Source: Octopus vulgaris (lineage: Eukaryota). From it: a DNA stretch of 64,000 bases. The position numbers and the translations under genes were made by a program. Below are positions 1-13,639 of this stretch, in pieces. The DNA lies in contig OX597823.1 of NCBI GenBank assembly GCA_951406725.2, forward strand, positions 69,378,001-69,442,000, given 5' to 3'. The first letter of the stretch is position 1; every line of letters starts with the position of its first letter. The notes beneath the pieces are model-generated. The model had not been told where the DNA came from. It did no database searches and saw nothing but the letters and a program-made list of their open reading frames with translations.

Positions 1-3000
1 TAATCATTTTGTGTATACCTTATGTAAAGGTAGATCAATATTTCTTAAAGCTACACTGGAAAAGGAACTGAACACAGTAATACGAACAAAAATAAACAAC
101 TTCTGAACCAACAATAGAGCAACTAGTGAACCAAAAACAAAACCTTTACAGCCAACATGACAATCTCACCACCTATTTAAGAAATTCCATAGCTAATAGG
201 GGATCTTTTCTCCCTCTAGTCGAAAAGAGTACCTCTCCAGTGAATGAGAGTTTTTTCAGCCCATGAAGAAATATCTCAAACTAGTAGAGACACTGCAAAC
301 AACAAATAAATCGCTCAAGTCAATAAAGAGGGCTCTCCAAACAGTAAATAAGGGAGCTTCTATATTAATAAACGGTCTGCAGGAAATGGAGGCGATATCT
401 CACTCAAATCACCCAATGCTTCACTGTACTTGACCTGTTTCATTTTGTCTACTGGAAGGGGACAATGACCATAGCCTTTTACCAGTCCTTCGAATCGTGT
501 GTGTTTGTTGCCTTTAAAGTTCTGCTCATCCGTAAGAAAAACATAACGCCTGAAGTGGACGTTTTATGAGCTTGGCATTCCTGGAAAGCAGAACTAGGTG
601 TAGGGGTTGCTGCGGTGATGGAAGTGAAGTGAGGGGAGTAGACAATATAGTTGATAGGTGGATAGTAGACTAGTGTGTTAGGAGCGCCTAAGTGAAGGAG
701 ACACAAAGCATCGTCCATATTTGAAAATCAGAAGCCACTATAATAGAGTTAGAAAAGAGAGAGCGAGAGAGAGAAAGGCTGACTGGCAGATAGACTGAGA
801 GACAAACAGACAGAAATGGCAGTAGTCCGGGTTGCACGAAACATGAAAAACAATGGATCGTCCCCACTTGAATGTGCTTTGACCATAGGCCAATGAGATT
901 CAACGCTGAATTCCGGTTAAACAAAAATAACAACACTACCAGCAACAACAACGACGACATCAAATTTAAAATTACAGCGAGGTGGAATCTTGTGAGAGGG
1001 CATTATTCTTTAAGAAAATATCTCATTCAATATACATTCTTTTGCCGCAGAATTATATCACGAGAGTTTAAGGACTGAACAAGAAATAATAAAGATGAAA
1101 CCCTATACAATAGATAGGTATGAGTTCGAGATATACTACGAAAATTCCATTAAGCAATCTAGGATGCAAATTCTCTTATCCAAAGAGTTTTCGGAAAAGT
1201 GAAATGGAGAAACCTTTCTATATCATATTTACGATCCAATTTGAAATGCGGCAGTGAATCCGTTGCTGAGAGGATCTGCATATTATTTATATAAATACAG
1301 AAAGAACAGCCAATTGAAAGGTAGGAAGAAGACAATGCATTCGCCAGTTATTGTCCCGCTGTGTTTGGGGATTAAAAAACTTAAATTGATGATGATGATG
1401 ATTTTGGGTGATTGTGAGAAAGAAGTTAGTGATGGTGAGAGGAAGTGATTAGGAGGCGGAGGAATATACTAATAATTTTCGAATTCTAATCGAGCTTCTT
1501 TAAAAAAGGCAAGGATATATTAGATAATGTAATGAGACATAGTGTCAAAATAACGGGACGGTCATGCCTAGAACGCCTTTGATCATAACTCTGCCAGATT
1601 AGTTCTAACCTAGACCGGAAGAATATCCATTAACAACAATAAGATGCTAATGAGTGACCTTCTACAGCTCGCTCAGCCTACACGATATAGAAACCAAATT
1701 TTCCTCACATCACTCAAGCTAGAACTAAGTTCTCAGAATAGAAATTAAGGTGTCAGCATAAGTTCAAAAATTAATGGCTCCAAAGCATGTCTTTACTTAC
1801 GTTACGGCGATAATAGTGTTCTTGTAGTTGATGATGACGATGATGATGACGATTATGAAGATGGCAATTATGATGATGAGTTTTTTTTTCCCTTGCACCT
1901 TGAAGCACTAATTTTAATTAAGGCTAATGAATTTTCTTCTCATTACGCTTATAATTTCATTTAATTATAAACTTATATCCAGCTCTTCATATTGTAGCCT
2001 GCACTTAACTATTCAATATGTAGAAGGTACCATTGGGAAATTTTCAAATATCATTAATTTCAATTGCTTAATCAGTGAATCATATTCACACCAATATTTT
2101 AAACTGTCCAAGTTGTTGTCTGGTCAGGAGACTTTGTGTTGATTATGCTTCGCTGAAGAAGCACGTCCGATGTTGTATCTTCCAACTATCAAAGAACATA
2201 CACACCATACATACCTCCATTTAATTTTTGATCAATTAAAATTTCGTGTGTTCTCTCCCTTTCTCACTCTGAGAGTAATTTTCTTTAACTGTAATATATT
2301 TTCATCTCATTACAGCTATAATTTCAGTTGATTAAAAATTATTTCCGATTCACCAAATTAACTACTGTAGTCAGTCAGTAACTATATTCCCTTCATGCAG
2401 ACTGTCCTCTTGGGAAATTTTCCAATGTCTCTATTAAAGTAAACCTATGATATAAAATGTTCATTCTGCTTTGCTTTTAAGTCAAGCTAGTCTTTGAATT
2501 AACAGACTTCGCATGCATTCAACCATCAAAACATTACAGGAATTTTCCTCGTAACAGTAACTAATAGTTCTAACACTGCAAATTTGCCACAACAATTATC
2601 GAGAAATATTTTACTATGTTGCTCAAACTGCTAGAAATAGCAGCCAGTTTGTCTTAAAACATTCTAAAACATTCATTTTAAGTGAGAGCTACTTTGAATA
2701 ATGTAGAGTGCTAAATATAGCCCTAGACTGCCTTTGTTCATTCATCTTTGAGATCAGAGTCCATTGCAAGCTAAACAATAACAGATAGTAGTTGTAGGAG
2801 TGAAAGGCCCAAGAGAATTTGGCCTTAGAGAAACCACACAAAACACTCGATCTTCATTATTGTAGCATTTTATTTTTACTATAACTTATTTCAATAATCA
2901 TTGGCTGCTGTAGCTATTGGAAATAGTTTCCATATCGTCAGAGAGTGTTACCTGAGATAAACTGCTTTCCAAACCAGAGGAAATTTATTTTTACGCTTGA

Positions 3001-3882
3001 TCACTTAAGCCCACGAAACCGGAAACCGATATCGTCCATTATGAAGTTTTATTACAAGAGTTAGGAACTATTAGCACTTACAGTATTTTGTACATATAAC
3101 TACCATATGACGAGTTCTTTTTTTCTTTTCTGTCATTGGCATTCTTATTGTTGCTATCCTTTAGTCCCGAGTCAAATCTGGTTGAGCAGATAAATAATCA
3201 ACGATATTCCTATTATGAACATGTCTTTGTATTTACATGCAGTGTATCTATGACTGCATTAGCCAATGTCTTTAGTTCTTTTTCAATTTTAAGTCGGTAA
3301 GGAGCGATATGTAATATAATGGCGATTTAACTTCTCCTTCTCATATCTTGAGCGACCACGTAGAGGCTCCTTTAGTGTCTAACACCGCGAGTTTTGAAAC
3401 AAAGCACTGAACAGTATATCTTACAATATTTACAACGAAATAACACTGTATAATGGTGTTATGTTGTCATAACTACAACCATTAGTGAGAGTATTTATAG
3501 TGTTATAAATAAATCATTATAATGGTGTCCTTTAATGTTGTTGCTAACAGGACATTGCCGTGGTTTCCTTATTCGTGAGCGATACACATATACATAAGAC
3601 TCTATAGTCTGATGTATTATTCTCCATCTATATTTATAAGATGGATCGCGTGTCGGTTTTGACGACGAGAATTCTAGTTTTTATATCAATAGAACTAACT
3701 ACTATTATAAAGTAAGTGGATGAATATTTCGCAGATACTTATATTCGCATCGTTATACAACGTATTCTGGATGTCATTATACTGAGGAAATGCTCTGGCT
3801 ACTGGATATACAACAGGAATTCCAAAGTACCTGAAGAGTTTAAATAGATAAATAATAGAAAACAGATTGAACAATTTCCTTT

Positions 3883-3994
3883 ATTTAAAAATTACTACAA
3901 TTGTTTCGACACATTCTTACATCTCATCAATGTACTCGTAATCACTATCATTCATTCAATGTGTAAAATGTGCCTCCTCAGGTACTGTTTAAAT
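3883..3994 (-). ncRNA. Type I hammerhead ribozyme, retroelement-associated
   Basis: Minus strand reads ..cagtac CTGAGGA ggcacattttaca-(long loop)-tgtaagaatgtgtc GAAAC aatt GTA gtaattttaaat: intact core, paired stem II, short palindromic stem III (ACAATTGT), stem I tac/gta. Confidence 0.75.
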
Positions 3995-4352
3995 CAGTCC
4001 TTTGTGAGATCCTAGTCATTACACTCAGTGTGAGAATGCCTTCCCAATGCAGTGTGCTGTTTTCAACAGTTTACAAATAAAACTAAACTCATAATTATAC
4101 TGACAGACAAAATACAATCATAATCAAAATACAAAATACAATCATAATCAAAATACAAAATACAGAAATTAAAAAACTGACAAAAAAAGGGGGGATTAGG
4201 TTTACAATAAATTACAATTCTATCATGATAGATTATAAAAAGAATTAACTATAAAATTAAGCATTTAGAGATTATAACGTGACAGAGTGATGAAGACTGA
4301 CCATTTCTGTGCTTATCAATTGCTTTCTTAAAGAATCTAAATTGCCCCCTGT

Positions 4353-4678
4353 GAAGGTGCGTGACTTACTGGTTAGGGTATTCGGCTCACGAATGTAAGG
4401 TCGCGAGTTCGATACCCAGCGGTGCGTTGTGTTCTTGAGCAAAACACCATTTCACGCTGCTCCAGTTCGCTCAGCTGTAGAAATGAGTAGTACCCGTATT
4501 TCAAAGGTCCAGCTTGACACATTCTGAGTCACGTCATGATGAATACCATTGAGAACTACATTCAGTTTACACGTGTCTGTGGAGTGCTCAGTCTCTCGTT
4601 CGTTAATTTCATGAACAGGCTGATCTGTTGATCGCATCAACTGGAATACTCGTTGTCGTAACTAGAGGAGCGCCAGTT
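4353..4678 (+). mobile_element. tRNA-derived SINE
   Basis: A-box-like tgacttactggttag and B-box gagttcgataccc, then a body (ttgtgttcttgagcaa..atttcacg..gctccagtt) shared with 6585-6901. Confidence 0.75.
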
Positions 4679-4894
4679 TTCGTAATTATCCCACGCCTTT
4701 CACAATGAAGCACCTGCCCCCGTTCTCTACTCAAATCAGTCAATTTATAAACTCAATCTATGACCGTCTAGCTTTTATATCGTTTTTTTTTAAACCAGGA
4801 AATTAAATTAAGTAAATTCTCACCCGTATACATATAGATTCTTTCGTATACCCACATGACCAGATATGAAGGCAAGATGAATTTTAGCATAAAA

Positions 4895-5310
4895 TATACG
4901 TAGAATTATGCTTCCCGAACATATGGTTCCGGGTTCGGTCTTGGGCAAATGTCATATTATACCCTCCGGCCGACCAAAGCCTTGTAAGTGGATTTCGTAG
5001 ACAGAAATACAAAGAAGACCATCATACACATGTAAATATATCTGTGTTTGTTTGTGTGAGTGCGCGTGTGTTTGTGTGTATGTCTGCATGGTCTGTGTTT
5101 GTCCCCCACCATGGCTTGACAACTCGTGTTGGTGTGTTTACGTCCCGTAACGTAGCAAATCGAAAAAAAAACGATAGAATAAACACAAGGCTTAAAACAA
5201 AAAAAAAAACAAAACAAGTATTGGGATCGATTCGTTCGACTAAAGTTCTTCAGGGCAGTGCCCTGGCGTGGTCACAGTCTAGGGACCGAAACAAGTAAGT
5301 GGTAAAATAA
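4895..5310 (+). mobile_element. Bipartite SINE with internal (GT)n microsatellite
   Basis: Left part tggttccgggttc..ccgaccaaagccttgt..gtggattt and right part gtttacgtcccgtaac..gaaacaagtaa recur at 7017, 43500, 47215, 50600. Confidence 0.7.
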
Positions 5311-5348
5311 ATATCTATTTATAAATGCACACATACGACTTTTACATA

Positions 5349-5904
5349 TTGGGTTGTCCGGAAAGTTTTCAAGGTAAGGAAAAGTTCAATAAATACTTGC
5401 CATTACATTTTTGATCAGCCAAATATGAACCATTTTGTTGCACAATGCGACTTCATCTTTCCTTTAATATGAAAATACCCTCTTCCCAGAATTGAGGTGG
5501 TTTCATGGCAAAGAATTCACTAAGGTATCTTTTTACGTCATCCAAGGAATTGAAAATTTTACCATTAAGACTATTCTGCAAAGACCTGAATAAGTGGAAA
5601 TCCGAAGGAGCAATATCTGGTGAATATGGAGGGTGGCGTAACACATCCCAGCCGAGCAGCAGCAATTTTTGTCTGGTTCCCATAGCATCAATTGCCGAAA
5701 ATGAACTTTTTTATCTTTCATTTTAAAGGGTTACAGAATTAACACAGGTTATAAGAACATAAACCTTCTTCCACGAAAAGTCAGCTTAAACTGTGGCTCT
5801 AAATGCAGGTGTAGTCAAATCCTATTTTATGGACTCAACCACGTTCTAAAATAAGTCGAAAGGTAAGCTACTATCAATCGGCACGAACTTTCCGGACAAC
5901 CCAA
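5349..5904 (-). mobile_element. Internally deleted mariner transposon with intact TIRs and TA target duplication
   Basis: TA|ttgggttgtccggaaagtt ... aactttccggacaacccaa|TA; minus strand joins transposase N-terminus MKDKKVHFRQLMLW to C-terminus HPPYSPDIAPSDFHLF. Confidence 0.92.
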
Positions 5905-6584
5905 TACTATTTTTAAAATAGGCATACGTATACACTTCTTACGTACTATTTTAAAAACTGAAATAAATAAATACGAATATTATAAAGTAAAGTGAAATAA
6001 AAAGATACATGCGTGTACTTATTTATATATTCACACATGTACAATTCTTACTAGACTATTGTTTTAAAATACAAAAATTGATAATACGATTCAGTACAGT
6101 TAAATATATATATTTAAAATGAAGTATGTATTTTATATAACTTTATTATGTAATCACTATTCTTGCTTTGAAAAGTAGTAAGAATGTATGTATATTTTGA
6201 ATTTATGAATACATACATGTATTTTTATTATATTACATTTATTTATATATTTTACTTATAGAAATGCGCCAAAACAGTTGTAACGATTTAAAACCAAGAA
6301 TGTCATTCAATCCATTTTCTATTACACACACACTCATGTATATATATATATACATACATACATAAATACACGTAAATATACGTGTTTGTGTGAGTATACA
6401 CTATATATATGTGTGTGTGTGTATTCCATTTTTTCCTCAGCGTAAATCTAATACACTCTGTCTCCGTGTTATTAATAACTTTACTTATCTTTTATCTTTT
6501 ACTTGTTCCAACCATGTCTACACACACAGACGCACACACACACACATAAATGTATGTATGTATTTATGTAAGTATATGTGTGTA

Positions 6585-6901
6585 TGGTTTAGAGGTTACA
6601 GCGTCGGGCTCACAATCATGAGGTAGTGAGTTCGATTCCCGGACAGGACTGTGTGTTGTGTTCTTGAGCAATACACTTTATTTCACGTTGCTCCAGTTGA
6701 CTTGGCTGTAAAAATGAGTTGCCACGTCACTGGTGCCATCCTGTATCAACCTTTGCCTTTCCCTTGGATAACATCGGTGGCCTGGAGAGGGGAGGCTGGT
6801 ATGCATGGGTGACTGCTGGTCTTCCATAAACAACCTTGCCTGAACTTGTGACATGGAGGAGAACTTTATATGTGCAATCCCATTATCATGACCGAAAGGG
6901 T
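6585..6901 (+). mobile_element. tRNA-derived SINE
   Basis: B-box gagttcgattccc; head and body similar to 4353-4678. Confidence 0.7.
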
Positions 6902-7016
6902 TTTTTATATCATATATACATATATATATATATACATGTGTGTGTGTGTGTATGTGTGTTTGTGTGTCTATGAGTAGTATATATATGTACGTATGTATGT
7001 TTGTATGTATGTATAG

Positions 7017-7365
7017 ACGTAGTCATGGCTGTTTGGTAACAAACCACATAGTTACCGATTGAATATCACTCTTACTGTAATGTCCTTGCGACCAAAGCCT
7101 TGTGGGTAGATTTGGTAGATTGAAACACAAAGAAACTCGTCGTATATCTATGTGTGTGTGTGTGTGTGTTTGTGGCAGTGTTTGTTCCGCAGCGCCGCTT
7201 GGCAACCGGTATTGGTGTGTTTACATTCTCGTAACTTCTTAGCAGTTATGCAAAAGTAGCATAATAGAACAACTACTAGGTTTAAAATCTGGGGTTGATT
7301 CATTCGACTAAAATCCGTCAAGGTGGTTCCCCAACATAGCTGCAGACTAATGACTGAAACAACTA
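7017..7365 (+). mobile_element. Bipartite SINE (degenerate copy)
   Basis: Same left and right modules around (GT)n as 4895-5310. Confidence 0.65.
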
Positions 7366-7577
7366 TAATAAACGGTAAATAATATTTCATCAAATTGCTG
7401 CTTTCGTAAGGTATGAACACTTTCGATTTCATTTACCACAATACATAACTGGTATGTATTCTATAACTACAAAATTGATGAAAGACAAAATTAGCATAAA
7501 AACTCATTATATTAAGCACTTTGCTTCGAATTTCAAGTGGATCTCTTTGCAATAATGCTACTAAAGCTAGTACTGCT

Positions 7578-7781
7578 TTTCATTAGAGGCGCAGGACCTT
7601 TAATTTTGGGGGAAGGAGGATTTGCGATTACATCGATCCTGGCGCTCAAATGATACTTATTTTATCATCCTTAAAGGATGAAAAGCAAAGTTGATCTCAG
7701 CGGACTCTGAACGCAGAATGTAAAACGGACGAAATTCCGCTAAGCATTTTAGTCTGGTTTGTTAACGATTCTGCCAGCTCG
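7578..7781 (-). mobile_element. Abundant tRNA-derived SINE (gagctggcagaatcgttag family)
   Basis: Reverse complement matches the head and core of the full copy at 60161-60375. Confidence 0.8.
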
Positions 7782-7782
7782 T

Positions 7783-7800
7783 ATAATAATAATAATGATG

Positions 7801-7895
<95 letters not shown>

Positions 7896-7920
7896 AAGAA
7901 GAAGAAGAAGAAGAAGAAGA
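7783..7920. repeat. (AAT)n followed by (AAG)n microsatellite
   Basis: Read directly; explains the poly-I/R/L/F ORFs. Confidence 0.97.
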
Positions 7921-8782
7921 CATAGGGAAACCAAAAACCCAAATAAAGTTAAAAACCAGAACAAAGAACAGAAATTATCTGACTGGCAGGATAAGGTATT
8001 ACATGGCAGATTGCCAAAGATGGCTGCAGCAAACAGTAGTAGTGAGACATGGTTATGGTTGCAGAAAGGAAAGCTGAAATGGGGGACAGAAAGCTTGTTA
8101 GTAGCTGCATAAGACCAAGCATTAAGGACTAATTGGATAAAAGCCAAAATAGACAAAAAACCAAGTAGATTCCCAATGTAGGTTATGCAAATCAAAAAGA
8201 AGTGAAGGTAGCATGTGGCAGAGAAAGCCTACAAGACATGACAACCTAGGGAGAGTAATCCATAGGGAGTTATATAGAAAGCTAGCATTTGAACATACTA
8301 ATAAATGGTATGAACATTAACCTAGTAAAGTGCTAGAAAGTAAAAAAAATACAAGATGTTATGGGACTTTAACATTCAGACTGAGAGAGTGGTAGAAACT
8401 AGGCCTGATAAACTAGATAAAGAGAATAGAAAGTGCCAGATAATTGACTTTACAGTCCCAAATGATGTAAAAATTAACATAAGAAGTATAGAAAAAATAG
8501 CAAAGGACCAGGAGCTAGCCATTGAATTACAGAGATTATAGAAAGTGCGGGTAAAATGTTTCCCAGTAGTTACAGGTGCATTAGGAACTATCTCCAAAGG
8601 TCTGAACAGATGGATAGAGAAAGTAGGCATAAAATCCAGTTTAGTACAGCTCGAGAAAACAATGTTATTAGGGACACCAAGAGTACTTAGGAGGGTTCTT
8701 GGCATCTAAGACTACTTGTTGTAGCCCGATGTTGGGATTTTTGTTTTTTCAAACAGTTTAATTTGTTGTGTGTATATGAAAA
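7921..8782 (+). pseudogene. 5'-truncated, degraded R4/Dong-type LINE (C-terminal region and RLE endonuclease)
   Basis: WQDKVLHG..TWLWLQKGKLKWGTESLLVAA*DQAL; LWDFNIQTERVVETRPD..IIDFTVP..EKIAKDQEL..PVVTGALG; ends in (AAT)n. Confidence 0.88.
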
Positions 8783-8840
8783 TAATAATAATAATAATAG
8801 TAATAATAATAATAACAATAATAATAATAACAATAATAAC

Positions 8841-8890
<50 letters not shown>
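8783..8890. repeat. (AAT)n microsatellite / LINE tail
   Basis: Read directly. Confidence 0.95.
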
Positions 8891-9218
8891 TGATCACGTG
8901 CAGAAGTAGTGGGGGAGCATCATAGCTATGTGTTGAGAGAGATTCTTTGGGGTTTGAATAATTCAGCTCTGTTAAACATGGGTGTTTCGTTCAACATCCC
9001 TAAACAACCCTTATTCAGGGACCTTTTGAGCGGGATGGGTTACTCGAACAGATGAAAATTCTAACTGGGTCCCACGTGCAAGGTCATGTGCTGTTTATCT
9101 TGATAATGAGACCACCATGTCGCGCACATATGGCTGTGATCCATGTGCCTAGTGTACCTTTATCAGATGAGTAGTCATGATGGGTCTCACTTTGATGGCA
9201 TGCACTGCTCTCTCACTC
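8891..9218 (+). mobile_element. Left-truncated copy of the non-coding (AAT)n-associated element
   Basis: Colinear with the right ~60% of 38237-38791; ends gcactgctctctcactc(aat)n; (AAT)n on both sides. Confidence 0.8.
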
Positions 9219-9262
9219 AATAATAATAATAATAATAATAACAATAATAATAATAATAATAA

Positions 9263-12200
9263 TTTATTCTCATTATTTCGAACTAATACATACAGAGTGA
9301 GCCTTGAAGAAAGGAAGAGGAGGAAAAAGGAAAAAAAAATGTTCGGAGATAAAACTATCAACAAAAAAAATACAGACGAATATAGATCTGCTAGTCTTAA
9401 AAAGCTGCTCTATGAGCAATGCTTACATGTAGAGAACCCTAAACTGACAGATCCATCTCCTAATATAAGAATGGATGCTCGTCATGCTTCAAGGTCAACA
9501 AATCAAACAATAAACCGCATTGGTCGTTGCGCGGATTACAAAAGACCACGTACCCGAAAATTGAACCAAATTCTGATTGAAAAATCAGCTACTGGATCAA
9601 ATCTTCCCAACACACAGGAGCTGGACGTACCCCACAACCGGAATATTCCAACAGATGGCCATCCATGCTCATCACAAAATAATCAAAAGAAAAAGAAGGA
9701 AAAATGGTCTAGGGAAGATAATAAAGAAGTTCTTGAGGCCTTCTACCATGCCATATATTTCCCCACAGATAAGTCTAGCACTGTACAAGCATACTTAAAC
9801 TGGAGACAGAAACACCCTTGCCAACGTCAGAAGAAACATTATAAAAAAAAATTACTGACTGAAGAAGAGATTGATCAGGTTAGACAAGCAATATCGGATA
9901 AAATGAACGAAGCTGCAGCTAGAGAAGATAATACAGAGGAAATAATTATAGACCAGCCCAGGGCTGATAAAAACGAAGTGAGGATTGAAAGAGTTAGTAT
10001 AAGTGATAGGCAAAGTGAAATACTCCCTGAACCAATCATAAACACTAAGACAAATGAGCATCAAATAGATAAAGAAAGTCACACAAATATTGACCCAACA
10101 GAACTACATGAGCTAAAAAATCAAATCATGATTGAATGGCTGAAAATTAAAGAAACCAGCATGGATGAACGTGATACACTTCCTAAAATCCGCAACTCTA
10201 ACCAAAACATGAAAATAATTGGTAAAATCCGGCTTGCACTTAAGGATATAATTTCAGCTAATGATGTTGATATCACAAACATCAACCACCTATACTATGC
10301 ATCCGCGAAAATCTCAACGATCCTATGTGGTGTAAAGATTAGAAAACGGCAACATTCCCACATAAAGCCTTCTTGGCAAGAGCGTCTGCAACAACAAATT
10401 AAAATATTTAGATCTGACATTGAATATTTGAAAAACCTTAAGGCTCACAAGACTACCAAACCTACAAAAACCCCAAAATTACTGAAAAAATACAATATGA
10501 AAACTATACTTGATATTGATGCCACCATAGAAACCATCAAACAAAAGGTATCTGCCAAAGCTGCCCGCATAGCGAGGTATGAAAAGCGTGTTAGATTTTT
10601 CAAGGACAACAACATGTTAAAAAATAACACCAAGAATTTTTACAGGAAGATATGAAAAACAGCGTTTACTGCAAGGTCTGTACCATCAAAAGAAGAAGTG
10701 CAGGGATTTTGGAATAAAATCTGGGCAGAAGAAAAAACACACAACGAAAAGGCCCCCTGGATTGACAGAATATCTACAGAACTGGACCCCTTAGAAGAGC
10801 AAAAGTGGGAGGGTGTCAAGGTAGAAGATATAAGATCTGCTCTCAGGAGGTCAAGCAAATGGAAGTCTCCAGGAAAGGATAAAATTCCTAACTTCTGGCT
10901 GAATGCCTTCCCAGAGAGCCATGAACTGCTAACAGAACTGTACAATGATGTTTTGCAACACCCTAGTAGGATGCCTCCTTGGCTAGTTAATGGGTTAACA
11001 TTCCTGCTTCCAAAAAGTGAAGAAACAAATGAACCAAAAAACTATAGACCCATAACCTGCTTAACAACTATGTACAAAACACTAACATCTGTCCTGACGG
11101 AATATACCTATAGTTTTTTAACAGACAGCAGCATATTCCCTAATGAACAGAAAGGATGTAAACGTGGATCCTACGGCTGTAAAGACCAACTACTCATCAA
11201 TAAGATGATCTTAGAAGATTGTCACAAACGACACAAAAACTTATCAATAGCCTGGATAGACTATAAAAAGGCTTTTGATAGCCTACCACATAGCTGGATT
11301 AGGAAATGCCTGGAAATGTATAAGATAGCACCTACTCTGCGAAACTTCTTGACTGTAAGTATGAGGTCATGGAGAACCACACTAACTCTGAACAGTGACA
11401 ATGAATCCCTAAATGCTGGTGATGTAAAAATTTCGTGTGGTATTTTCCAGGGTGACTCACTGTCACCACTCCTCTTTTTTTATCCTTAATACCTCTCTCA
11501 AAGCTGCTCAATGACGCGCAGTACGGGTATAAAATGTTTGATAAAAATATAAATCATCTCATTTACATGGATGATTTAAAGCTTTTTGCAAAATATGACC
11601 AACAACTCAAGGGCTTACTAGCGATAGTCAAACAATTCAGTGACGACATCAGAATGCAATTCGGCCTCGATAAATGTGCAAAGGCTACCTTTATCAAAGG
11701 AAAAATGACAGAAACATCTAACGTTAACCTTGACCAGCAGAATGTCATAAAAGAACTAGACCCAGCGGAGAGCTACAAGTACCTAGGGGTAATTGAAGGG
11801 AACGGAATAAGGCATTCAGAGATGAAGGAAAGGATCAGGAGAGAATGCTATCGAAGAGTGAGAGCAATACTCAAGACAGAGCTGAATGCAAGAAACAGGA
11901 TCGAAGCGATCAATGCATTAGCCATACCAGTCGTGACTTACAGTTTCAATATTGTTAACTGGTCAATTACTGAAATATGTCAGCTCGACAGAAAAATAAG
12001 GAAACTGTTGACAATGCATAGAATGCACCACCCTAAGGCAGATACAGAACGACTCTATCTGCCAAGAAAAGAGGGAGGCCGTGGTCTTTTGCAACTGGCA
12101 ATAACAATGAAGATTGCTACAATTGGCCTAGACACCTACCTGAAAAACTCTGAGGACTGGATGTTAAAACTTGTCTCAAAACATGAAAACAAGAAAGCAT

Positions 12201-13341
12201 CATACTCAGTCACAAAACAGGCAAAGGAATATCTAAGTGAATTCCGAATACAACCAATTTCGGAATTAGAGATAGACATACAAGAAACAAGCACAGAAAA
12301 AGCTAGGCGCATGAAAACCCGTGCCAAAACTGCGGCCTTAGATATTCTGAATAATAAATGGCAAGAAAAACCTCTCTATGGCAAATACCCAAAGAGAGCG
12401 AATAATGCAGATATCGACAAAGCCCTGACCCATCAATGGCTAATGGCCTCTGGCTTAAAATCTGAAACAGAGGGGTTTATCATAGTAGCTCAAGATCAAT
12501 GCCTACCAACAAGAAACTACCAGGCCAACATATTAAAGAACGGCAGTAGCCCAACATGTCGTGTATGCCGACAACAAAATGAAACCATTGACCATGTTGT
12601 CTCCAAATGCAGTCTTCTAGCGCCTACAGAGTACCTCAGTAGGCATGATAGAGCAGCACAATATATTCACTGGGTAATTTGCAAAAACCTGGATTTGCCC
12701 CATGTAAAAAACTGGTGGGAACACAATCCACCTCCTGTGCTTGAAAATGACCACATCTCACTCCTCTGGAACTTCACCATTCAAACTGACAGGAAGATAG
12801 ATGCAAATAGGCCAGACATCATATTGAAAGACTTCAGACAAAGAACATGCCTCCTCATTGATATGACTGTCCCAATCGATATAAACGTATCTGTCAAGAC
12901 CTACCAAAAACTGAGCAAATATAAAGATCTTGAAATAGAAATCAGCAAAATGTGGAAGCTGAAGACTAAAACAATACCTGTTGTCATAGGTGCCCTGGGA
13001 ATGATAGCGAAAGGGACTGATTGCTACCTAACTCAGATACCAGGAAACCCCAAATGGCAGTAATTAAAAAGATAGTGCTCATGGGAACTGCTCATATCCT
13101 ACGCAAAATACTCTCTATGTAATCCCAAGGTTTAAAACAAACTTTTTTTTATTTATTTATTTTTTATTTTTATGTATTAGACATTCACTAGTACAACACC
13201 AAAAAAACACAAAAAAACCCCCAAATATATGGCACAGAACTTCTAACCTGTTGTCTCTTGAGGTCTCTGGGTGAGACTTGGAGCCAACTTGTACAGACAT
13301 AAAGCAAAAGTCAAACATAGAATAATAATAATAATAATAAT
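9263..13341 (+). mobile_element. Near full-length R4/Dong-clade non-LTR retrotransposon inserted in (AAT)n
   Basis: One long interrupted ORF with RT, CCHC and RLE domains; (AAT)n at 9219-9262 and 13321-13341; ~200-bp 3' UTR. Confidence 0.93.
9471..13122 (+). pseudogene. RT + restriction-like endonuclease polyprotein with one in-frame stop and two frameshifts
   Basis: KSPGKD, NYRPITCL, EQKGC, WIDYKKAFDS, GIFQGDSLSPLLF, HLIYMDDLKL, YKYLG, CRVC..ETIDHVVSKC, RHD, NRPDII..LIDMTVP..KLSKY; TGA at 10653, frameshifts near 11480 and 13053; start codon inferred. Confidence 0.92.
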
Positions 13342-13342
13342 A

Positions 13343-13537
13343 GTTTCAAATTTTGATACAATGCCAACAATTTCGATGGAGGGAGTAAAACGATTACAAG
13401 TCAGCTGACACTTATTTTATGACCATTGAAGGATGAAAAGCAAAGTCGATCTCAGCGGACTGTGAACTCAGAACATAAAAACGGATGAAATGATGCTAAT
13501 CATTTTGTCTGGTTTGCTAATGATTCTGCCAGCTCGC
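13343..13537 (-). mobile_element. tRNA-derived SINE
   Basis: Reverse complement of the gagctggcagaatc family. Confidence 0.8.
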
Positions 13538-13559
13538 AAAATACTACTACTACTACTAC

Positions 13560-13616
<57 letters not shown>

Positions 13617-13639
13617 TGATGATGATAATTGATGACGAT

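Noticed and set aside
2905-2946. Hammerhead-like CTGACGA..GAAAC on the minus strand
   Set aside because: No stem I, negligible stem II, no UH cleavage triplet
4353-4430. tRNA-like sequences with A/B boxes
   Set aside because: They run into repeated SINE bodies and lack a clean cloverleaf, so they are SINE heads
7697-8195. Long ORFs rich in I/L/R/F (likewise poly-M, CV, HT, YI ORFs at 14.6, 19.6, 31.8, 47.3, 57.9 kb)
   Set aside because: Translations of microsatellites, not genes
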